The position numbers and the translations under genes were made by a program. The notes beneath the pieces are model-generated. The model saw only the letters and a program-made list of their open reading frames with translations. It made no database searches and was not told the DNA's origin. From an uncultured archaeon (lineage in GTDB: Archaea > Asgardarchaeota > Heimdallarchaeia > Heimdallarchaeales > Heimdallarchaeaceae): 28,839 bases of DNA. Positions 1 through 6,896 of this stretch are shown here, piece after piece. Position 1 is the stretch's first letter; every line of letters starts with the position of its first letter. The stretch spans positions 1-28,839 of the forward strand of contig CAZHRF010000040.1 in NCBI GenBank assembly GCA_964534625.1, read 5' to 3'.

Positions 1-126
1 AGATTTATGAACCTCCCACCCAAAGATATTGTACTCAAAAGTGTAACCGATCTTAGTTGAGTTAACAAAATCCTAATTAGACCCAAAAATGTTTTATGTC
101 AGTAGTCGATTCTATTTTTGATTCAT

Positions 127-1542
127 GTGAGACACGTAAAAATTGTTGCAACAATTGGGCCTAGCTCCCAAAACGAGAAGACTTTAGAAAAAATGATTAA
201 TGCCGGTATGAATGTGGCTAGACTTAATTTCTCTCATGGTTCTCATCCAGAACATGAGAAAGTATTCGAAATCATTCGTTCTATTGATGAGACAATTGGT
301 ATAGCCATTGACATAACAGGCCCTAAAATTCGAATAGGCGAATTAGATCAACCCTACAATTTACAAATTGGTGAAAAAGTCACGCTTACAACTCGCGATA
401 TTATTGGAAATAAAGAGACCATGCCTATTAATTATCCCCAGCTTACTTCTGAGATTGGAGCACATGAGCCTATTTTTGTCAATGATGGTTTAGTCAAATT
501 ACAAACTATAGAGGTGACGGAAGAGGAATTACTTTGTGAAGTTTTAGATGGAGGGATAATATCATCAAGGAAAGGTGTTAACGTCCCTACAGCTAATATT
601 TCCTTACATGTCCCAACTGATAAAGATAAAAATGATTTAGAAAAAGCGTGTGAGTTAGAAGCAGATTTTATTTTTGTCTCATTTGTTCGTAAAGTGAATG
701 ATCTAGAAAAAATACAAGAAATAATTCATTCATGTACAGATAGTCGCATACCCCTCATCTCTAAAATCGAACACAGAGATGCTGTTTCCAATGTTCGTGA
801 AATTCTTTCCCATTGTGATGGTTTAATGGTAGCACGAGGTGATCTTGGTATAGAAATTGGTCCTGCAAGAGTCCCTGTTTTACAAAAACAACTTATAGAC
901 TTGGGTAGAAAAAAAGGTAAACCAGTTATTGTTGCTACTCAAATGCTTGAATCAATGGTAGAAGAGCCCATCCCAACTCGTGCGGAAGCTAGTGATGTTG
1001 CACACGCTGTGTTTGACTGTGCTGATGCTTTAATGCTTTCCGCTGAAACAGCAACGGGTATTCATCCAGCGTATGTTATAAAAGTTATGGACGATATAAT
1101 ACGGGAAGCTGAAACAAGCAAACACGTACAATTCGAACAACAATTGGGCACAGATGATCTAATTGGAGAAGTAATAGGCCAAGCTGCAGTACGTATAGGG
1201 AAACAAATTAAAACAAAAGCAATTGTTGCTTTAACACAAACGGGTTATTCTGCTCGAATGGTTTCAAAAAACAGAATTTCATTGCCTATTATAGCAGTAA
1301 CTCCCGATGAACAAACTCTGAGAAGACTTCAATTGCATTGGGGAATTAAGCCTGTTCTTCATTCATATTATACAGAATATGATCAACTTGTTTATGGAGC
1401 TATTGAAACTCTTCATAAAAAGAAATTTGTTAACCAATCAGATAATATTGTGCTTGTAGCTGGTTCCATGTTAGGCATACCTGGGAAAACCAATACTATT
1501 CAGATATTAAATATAGGTGAGACAATAGCTGGTCGTCATTAA
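127..1542 (+). CDS. pyk: Pyruvate kinase
   Basis: Motifs KIVATIGP, ARLNFSHG, DITGPKIR, SKIE, DGLMVARGDLG, ATQMLESM, PTRAE, MLSAETA, plus a C-terminal alpha/beta domain (TQTGYSAR..., LHWGIKP). The ORF track starts at TTG 118; GTG at 127 (MRHVKIVATIGP) fits typical PK N-termini better. Confidence 0.97.
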   Translation: MRHVKIVATIGPSSQNEKTLEKMINAGMNVARLNFSHGSHPEHEKVFEIIRSIDETIGIAIDITGPKIRIGELDQPYNLQIGEKVTLTTRDIIGNKETMPINYPQLTSEIGAHEPIFVNDGLVKLQTIEVTEEELLCEVLDGGIISSRKGVNVPTANISLHVPTDKDKNDLEKACELEADFIFVSFVRKVNDLEKIQEIIHSCTDSRIPLISKIEHRDAVSNVREILSHCDGLMVARGDLGIEIGPARVPVLQKQLIDLGRKKGKPVIVATQMLESMVEEPIPTRAEASDVAHAVFDCADALMLSAETATGIHPAYVIKVMDDIIREAETSKHVQFEQQLGTDDLIGEVIGQAAVRIGKQIKTKAIVALTQTGYSARMVSKNRISLPIIAVTPDEQTLRRLQLHWGIKPVLHSYYTEYDQLVYGAIETLHKKKFVNQSDNIVLVAGSMLGIPGKTNTIQILNIGETIAGRH

Positions 1543-1557
1543 ATTTTCTTTCTTTTT
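1543..1557 (+). terminator. Putative archaeal oligo-T terminator after pyk
   Basis: T-rich run (attttctttcttttt) directly after the pyk stop codon. Confidence 0.35.
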
Positions 1558-1605
1558 GCGATAAGCATAAAAATGAGTAGTATTATTTTTTAATGTGAAT
1601 AAAAA

Positions 1606-2943
1606 ATGATTCGATTCCTTAAAAACATATTTGGAAAAAAGACGGAAAAAGACGAAAAAGATATTCCTAAAATTTTTAATGCTTTATATGAATTCAATCA
1701 TGATAACATAATTGAAAAAAGCAAAGAAAAAGAAAAACCATTAATAGGAAATGCAAAATCTAATACTTTATTCTTAGAAACAGAGAAAAATAAGTTATCC
1801 GCCAAATTAGCTTTTGTTTTCATCGGTTCTACAGGTGTAAATTATTATACAGCGTTTAAAAAGCGTTTTCCTAAAGATGAGTTTAAAGGGTTAATTTTGA
1901 CTGAAACTGAAAGTCTGAACAGTTTAGATACAAAACTAACCAATTTAGGATATCCCAACATTAATTACAAGGAAGACACATTTCTCAAAGGATATGATTG
2001 GTACGATTCTAACAATGATAAACTATCTGATATCCTTAATAAAATTTTCAAAGAGGTTGAAACAACTTTTATAATTTCCAGTAATAGCCGTTTTGAAATA
2101 GGTCTTACTCAGAAAATTATTGATTCTACACACGCTTTGGGGCCTCAACCCATTCTAGTTTTGCATTTACCACATATTGAAGAAGAAAAACAGAAACAAA
2201 TCAATGCCTTAGCTTTTATGTATCAATTATTACAAGCTGAAGTTAAAAAAACAGCTCCTTTCTTTCTCTTTGATGAAATGCAACTATTAAAATCGCATCC
2301 AAAAAGAGACACAAACAATCTTATACCCCTATTGTATCCTCGTATTAGCAACTGCCTTATTGACTTGTGTTTATCCATACAGTTGTCTTCTAAACTATAC
2401 AGAACCGAAGAGGATAATTTTCATGCTCTATTCAAAAACACAAAAGGTCCTGCTAAATTATTATCATTTGATATTTATGATCAATCAACCGAACTATCTT
2501 ATCTCCTTAAAAAAACACCCTTGGCTTACAGTTATACTTCGGAAGACATAGGAACACGAGGAATGATTATTGTTCAACCATCTTTATCAGGATTAAACAC
2601 TAAACAATATCTAGTTTTCCGGGAATATTTTGCTAATAAAGATGTTCAAATTAATATCATTAAAGAGAGACAGGTAGGTAGTTTAATAAGAGGATTAGTT
2701 CTCTTTTCTAGGTTACCTAAACATATCCTTAACAGATATACAATTTTAGAACAGTTCAGGATGCAAGTTTTAGATGAAGAAGAGGCTACAAAAGAATCAT
2801 TTGATCTTATAGAATTATCTCGCTTGTGGGAATATAAAAACTATCATCTTAAAGAAATTGAAATCACAAAAGATGAATCATTAAAAGAAAAAGTTGGAGA
2901 TAAAATAATAGAAGAGAGAGATGAGAAAAAAAACAATGCATAA
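1606..2943 (+). CDS. Divergent tubulin/FtsZ/CetZ-superfamily-like protein with degenerate GTP-binding motifs
   Basis: Colinear resemblance to the FtsZ/tubulin fold: KLAFVFIGSTGVNYYTAF (T1 loop); LILTETESL; ETTFIISSNSRFEIGLTQKII (position of GGGTGTG); ILVLHLPHIEEEKQKQINALAFMYQL; FFLFDEMQLL; YRTEEDNFHALF (T7 position); GTRGMIIVQ (C-terminal domain). The ORF itself is solid; the fold call is an inference. Confidence 0.6.
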   Translation: MIRFLKNIFGKKTEKDEKDIPKIFNALYEFNHDNIIEKSKEKEKPLIGNAKSNTLFLETEKNKLSAKLAFVFIGSTGVNYYTAFKKRFPKDEFKGLILTETESLNSLDTKLTNLGYPNINYKEDTFLKGYDWYDSNNDKLSDILNKIFKEVETTFIISSNSRFEIGLTQKIIDSTHALGPQPILVLHLPHIEEEKQKQINALAFMYQLLQAEVKKTAPFFLFDEMQLLKSHPKRDTNNLIPLLYPRISNCLIDLCLSIQLSSKLYRTEEDNFHALFKNTKGPAKLLSFDIYDQSTELSYLLKKTPLAYSYTSEDIGTRGMIIVQPSLSGLNTKQYLVFREYFANKDVQINIIKERQVGSLIRGLVLFSRLPKHILNRYTILEQFRMQVLDEEEATKESFDLIELSRLWEYKNYHLKEIEITKDESLKEKVGDKIIEERDEKKNNA

Positions 2944-3026
2944 TAATGCTTTTCATCTTTTTTTTCCATATTAATGCTTATTTTTATCTGCAAAAACTCC
3001 TACACATAATTTTTCACCAACTAGAT

Positions 3027-3048
3027 AGACGTAAAGGCGTCTTTTTTT
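3027..3048 (+). terminator. Short hairpin plus T-tract, possible terminator
   Basis: AGACG(T)-AAAG-(G)CGTCT followed by a run of Ts, in the 2944-3188 intergenic region. Confidence 0.3.
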
Positions 3049-3106
3049 CATTTATAATAGTCATCCGATTTTTTTTGTTGAAATAAAAAATGAGAAAGAA
3101 CTGACC

Positions 3107-3126
3107 AAAACAATTATAATTGTTTT
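3107..3126. promoter_or_regulatory. Perfect 20-bp palindrome, candidate transcription-factor operator
   Basis: AAAACAATTA|TAATTGTTTT, about 10 bp upstream of a TATA-like TTATATA (3137-3143) preceding the 3189 gene. Confidence 0.45.
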
Positions 3127-3188
3127 TTCCACAGCCTTATATAGACTAGTCTCACCAATTCTGATGATGTCGTTACATTTATAAAAAG

Positions 3189-6100
3189 ATGGTGAGAAAA
3201 AAAACTAAAGATTCACTATTAAGAGGAAATGCTATGGAAAAGCGATTACGTATTTTAATGGGTGTTGTCATTTTACTTATTACCGCAGGTAGTGCAATAA
3301 CTATAAGTTATATTCTACCTACACAGACTTATATATTAGTCGACCAAATCAACGCGGATTTAATTCATAATGCACAAATACGCCCGGAAGATGATTTTAG
3401 AGCTTATAATGGACCTGATGATACAAACTATTCGGATTGGATGTATACAGGTGTTAAAAATGAAGACTCAAACTTTACAGTAAAAACCAGATTTGAGTTT
3501 TATAACGTTAGTGACCGATATGGTTGGTTATATCTTAGTTCTTCACCAGCGTATCAATTCCCTCCAGGGCGGCTTATTTTTGATGTGGTTATCAATAAAA
3601 CTGTGATCGATTACAATACTGAACATGATTATGTTGTATATGGCCAACAAAAACAATACATCTACAATAAGGACGAATCAACAGCTGGGTTTAAAGATAG
3701 TTATGTCTTGAATTATAACTATTTATGGCCATATTATATCGAAAAATTTGGTAATGGAACAGAATATGGTTTTCAAGCATATATAGCGTCCTATTTATTA
3801 CATAATGAGTTACAAGAATTACAAGATCGTCTTGCACTCAATGAAGAAGAAATTGCACACTTAGCTTTAAACCGTAATTATGCACAAGGGCAATTTGACA
3901 TTCAAGATTCAGTTTATATTCCACATAATTGGATAGATGTCAGACCAGCTTATATTGATCTAGGTTTTGATGCAGCTACAAGTTATCAAATTTTATATAA
4001 TGCTACCTACGAAGGTAAAAACTTAGGTATATTAAATGGAGATCCTGGTGCAACAAAATTTTTCTTAGATTTAGTTAAAGGGTTATATTATGACCAAACT
4101 TTCTTATCTATCAGTCCTGAGCAATTACTAGCGGATGTTTATAACATTGATACACCCGCAGAAATTCAATATGCTAAATCTTTAGCTGCCTATCTCGAGT
4201 TCTTGCTTGTTGAACCAGCATTAGATTGGTTGTGGGACAATCAAATTTCTTATGTGGCTAGGAGAACAACATGGGAATGGCTTTTTGGCGTCAACGATGT
4301 TTTACTAGGTAACAACAAGTTTCCAATTATTAGAAATATTACTGCAACGACATTTGATACTGACTCAGACATGTACTATATGGAAAAAATGGGATTACAT
4401 AATGTCAGTGAGGTTAGCCAAATAAGGGGTATTGCAAACATTCCAGGATACACTGAAGCCCATACACTTGGGCTAGACTATGATCCCGACACAGGTCTTG
4501 CTTATGCTGTTGAAGGTAAACGAGGATTAAAAATTTCAAACACAACCCATCCACTATTCTTGGCAATTGGACAGTATAAACCTTCAGGTGAGGATTTCAG
4601 AGATGTTGCTGTTGAAAAAACTACAGCAGGCAACACATGGGTCTATACGGTTAGTAATGTAGGGTTAAAAATTATTAATGCAGATGATCCCGAAAATATG
4701 GAACTAGCTACTGTTTTTAATAATTTTGGCAATGTAGACATGCAAAAACTAGAACTATACAATGATAATATATTTATTGCAAATGGTAAATATGGAATCG
4801 TTCGAGTTGGGTATTCAGGTCAAGAATTACAAACTGGTGTCGCTCAAGATAAATATACTGGTACTAATGTCAAAGCTTTAACAATTGGAACGTATACACC
4901 TAATATTATTTTTACAGCGGAAGGTACTGACGGTATTGGTGTATATACTAGCACATTTAGTGATATAACTTCGGTTTTAAATTACACTACAAATCTTAAT
5001 GATGTATACGAGATTAAGGCTTATGGTGATTACGTATATGTTTTAGATAGTGTTAGAGGGCTAGTTATTTTTGAATACGATGATTCAGCTCAGACTTTAA
5101 CCGAGCAATCATCTTACATTACAGGTACTGAACCATATCAATCAATCTATGTTAAGGATGCAAGTACGCTTTATCTGGCTCATGGCACTGAAGGATTTGA
5201 AGTTATAAGCATATCAGATCCCATAAATCCAACCCAAGAATCTACATATGATATTAATGCAAATGATGCAATAGTTTCAGATGTTTATGTTCATGGAGAT
5301 AAGGTATTTGTAGCTGAAACAACCAATGGTTTAATTCGTCTTAATATCACTGCAAGTGGATTTGAGTTTGCTAGTGAAAAACCATTTGAACGTGATCAAC
5401 TCCATACATATGTTGAATGTTGGAATGGTGAGGGATTGGAAGGACGCGATGCCCAAGTACAGCTTAATAATTGGCTATTTTTAGATGAAACGGATTACCA
5501 GAAGATGCCAAATACAGAAACCTATAACAACTATATTATTCGACCTAAAACAACTAGAGGTCTGAGAAATCAATGGTTTGAAGATTTCTTACGCCCAATA
5601 GTATATTCATCAACTGATACAGCTCTTAAATTTGACCTTCCCATGCTCGTATATCTAGCAGAACAACAACAACCAGTAGTAAACTTTAGAAGGTCAGATC
5701 TATATCACCAGCCAGAGGGGTCTACCATCCATAAGAATGTAAGCTTCATTTATTCGGGAAATTGGAACAACTTATATAATGATAAATACGCTTTTCAACC
5801 AGGTAATATATATATAACACATTCCTTACCTGGGTCGCCTCAACATGAAGCACATGAACAACAAATGACTGTAGAGCCAACAACAGGTATGGTGGTTACC
5901 AGAAAAGATAGAATGCAGTATAATACACATTCAACATTCTTTATTGAACACTATCAATATCTTAATGAAACAAGATTGGAAGAATACGTAGATGAATTGA
6001 TTGCTGATAATCCCAACTTAGGATCAGGCGATAAATCAAACTTAATTGCCAACTTAAAAGAGTCCTTTTTATACCGAACATGGCATACTTCAAATCCAGG

Positions 6101-6323
6101 CCTTACTGGTTCAATGGGAACTTTGTTCTGGAAGGAAGAAGTATATGAAGCTACAGAAAAATGGGGAGATGATACAAAAGAACAATTCATCAATCGTATT
6201 AATACAGCAGATAGCTATAGAACATATGGTGCCTTTATTGCAATGGCACTCCTCACAGCTGGTTTTATAGTAACCTCTGTTGTTTTAGATAAAACTAAAC
6301 CTAAATCTCCAGAAGAGAAATAA
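3189..6323 (+). CDS. CD36/scavenger-receptor-class-B-like membrane protein with an inserted LVIVD-type beta-propeller
   Basis: N-terminal TM (ILMGVVILLITAGSAITISYIL) and C-terminal TM (YGAFIAMALLTAGFIVTSVVL) flank a large ectodomain. CD36-like blocks in the correct order: YSDW...TRFEFYNVSD; KQYIYNKDES...DSYVLNYN; RRTTWEWLFGVND; GLHNVSEVSQI; EGRDA; WFEDFLRPI; HEQQMTVEPTTGMVVTRKDRMQYN; LFWKEE. LVIVD-like repeats (LAYAVEGKRGLKI, IFIANGKYGIVRV, YVYVLDSVRGLVIF, LYLAHGTEGFEVISISDP, VFVAETTNGLIRL) lie at ~4450-5360. Confidence 0.75.
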   Translation: MVRKKTKDSLLRGNAMEKRLRILMGVVILLITAGSAITISYILPTQTYILVDQINADLIHNAQIRPEDDFRAYNGPDDTNYSDWMYTGVKNEDSNFTVKTRFEFYNVSDRYGWLYLSSSPAYQFPPGRLIFDVVINKTVIDYNTEHDYVVYGQQKQYIYNKDESTAGFKDSYVLNYNYLWPYYIEKFGNGTEYGFQAYIASYLLHNELQELQDRLALNEEEIAHLALNRNYAQGQFDIQDSVYIPHNWIDVRPAYIDLGFDAATSYQILYNATYEGKNLGILNGDPGATKFFLDLVKGLYYDQTFLSISPEQLLADVYNIDTPAEIQYAKSLAAYLEFLLVEPALDWLWDNQISYVARRTTWEWLFGVNDVLLGNNKFPIIRNITATTFDTDSDMYYMEKMGLHNVSEVSQIRGIANIPGYTEAHTLGLDYDPDTGLAYAVEGKRGLKISNTTHPLFLAIGQYKPSGEDFRDVAVEKTTAGNTWVYTVSNVGLKIINADDPENMELATVFNNFGNVDMQKLELYNDNIFIANGKYGIVRVGYSGQELQTGVAQDKYTGTNVKALTIGTYTPNIIFTAEGTDGIGVYTSTFSDITSVLNYTTNLNDVYEIKAYGDYVYVLDSVRGLVIFEYDDSAQTLTEQSSYITGTEPYQSIYVKDASTLYLAHGTEGFEVISISDPINPTQESTYDINANDAIVSDVYVHGDKVFVAETTNGLIRLNITASGFEFASEKPFERDQLHTYVECWNGEGLEGRDAQVQLNNWLFLDETDYQKMPNTETYNNYIIRPKTTRGLRNQWFEDFLRPIVYSSTDTALKFDLPMLVYLAEQQQPVVNFRRSDLYHQPEGSTIHKNVSFIYSGNWNNLYNDKYAFQPGNIYITHSLPGSPQHEAHEQQMTVEPTTGMVVTRKDRMQYNTHSTFFIEHYQYLNETRLEEYVDELIADNPNLGSGDKSNLIANLKESFLYRTWHTSNPGLTGSMGTLFWKEEVYEATEKWGDDTKEQFINRINTADSYRTYGAFIAMALLTAGFIVTSVVLDKTKPKSPEEK

Positions 6324-6358
6324 TTTTTCCTTCATTTTTTAATCTTTTTTCTTTTTTT
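6324..6358 (+). terminator. Oligo-T terminator region after the CD36-like gene
   Basis: Several T-tracts immediately downstream of the stop codon. Confidence 0.45.
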
Positions 6359-6664
6359 CGTTTTTCCATAGACTAAAGAACGATTTATAATTTGCATCGA
6401 GTGTTTTTAAAGTCATTTGGAGAACTTTGGAATACCCCATTTGTATGGGGGGTATTTTCTCTTGATTTCTGGTAATTCATCTTGCTGTTTGGTATATGTA
6501 ATGTATTTTCGTTCTTTTTTGGGTTTTTCTTTTTGTTCTTTCCAATTGTCGATCCGATCCGAAAGTGCGAAGATATACATCAAACGGCATTTTTCCGATA
6601 CATCTCATAGTACATCCAATTGCTCTTGGATGGGATACATTCGAATTTTTTGACTTACTTGCAC
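6358..6664 (-). pseudogene. tnpB: Truncated tnpB (IS200/IS605 family OrfB) pseudogene, N-terminal HTH region only
   Basis: Minus-strand reading from GTG 6664: MQVSQKIRMYPIQEQLDVL*DVSEKCRLMYIFALSDRIDNWKEQKEKPKKERKYITYTKQQDELPEIKRKYPPYKW, then a 1-nt frameshift at ~6435 into YSKVLQMTLKTLDANYKSFFSLWKN. This matches the TnpB N-terminal pattern (K.R.YP..EQ...L....CR..YN.AL; S.VLQ..L..LD..YK.FF). In-frame TGA at 6607-6605. No RuvC or Zn-finger region follows. Confidence 0.85.
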
Positions 6665-6759
6665 TTTTGATCACTTAATATATTAATAGTGTTTTATATC
6701 TTTAAATATATGTGCGAAATTCATTCCCCCTAAAGAATGGGAACTTCTTTCGCAATCAG
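6358..6759 (-). mobile_element. IS200/IS605-family (IS1341-like, tnpB-only) element remnant with left-end hairpin
   Basis: Upstream of the tnpB start is a subterminal hairpin, GCGAAA(6714-6719)...TTCCC/GGGAA...TTTCGC(6748-6753), resembling archaeal IS605-group ends. It is bordered on the minus strand by TTTAA (6764-6760), a plausible target/TAM pentamer. Confidence 0.7.
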
Positions 6760-6826
6760 TTAAATATACTAGTAATAACTAATTATGCTCACCGAATTAC
6801 TTATCAGTAGCACATTAGTGTTATAG

Positions 6827-6890
6827 TTTATATAGTATAGACTATACATAGTATCCATAGAACGTGTGTAAGAATATATATTTAAGAGGT
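6827..6890 (+). promoter_or_regulatory. Putative top6B promoter: TATA-like TTTATATA, adjacent inverted repeat and Shine-Dalgarno GAGGT
   Basis: TTTATATA 6827-6834; GTATAG-A-CTATAC 6835-6847; GAGGT 6886-6890, six nt before GTG 6897. Confidence 0.4.
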
Positions 6891-6896
6891 AGTTGC

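Noticed and set aside
1-60. Open frame RFMNLPPKDIVLKSVTDLS* at the window edge, possibly the 3' end of an upstream gene
   Set aside because: Too short to support or identify.
3160-3170. TGATGA/CTGA as C/D-box sRNA elements
   Set aside because: The boxes are not in the required order or spacing.
6413-6580. 55-aa minus-strand ORF MYIFALSDRIDNW... as a novel small protein
   Set aside because: It is the middle fragment of the broken tnpB, bounded by the nonsense codon and the frameshift.
6605-6607. In-frame TGA as selenocysteine or readthrough
   Set aside because: No redox motif, the frame is also frameshifted and truncated, and a TGG-to-TGA decay mutation is simpler.
6420-6635. Hairpins (CCCCAT-TTGT-ATGGGG; CATCCAA-TTGCTC-TTGGATG) suggesting a structured ncRNA such as RNase P or SRP RNA
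   Set aside because: No conserved RNase P/SRP motifs; the region is explained by tnpB coding sequence.
6417-6674. ORF-track entries 6417..6653 (+) and 6477..6674 (-) as real genes
   Set aside because: Both are off-frame shadows of the tnpB remnant.
6864-6896. GTG 6864 as the top6B start
   Set aside because: The leader MCKNIYLRGSC overlaps the SD-like GAGGT; GTG 6897 is better placed.
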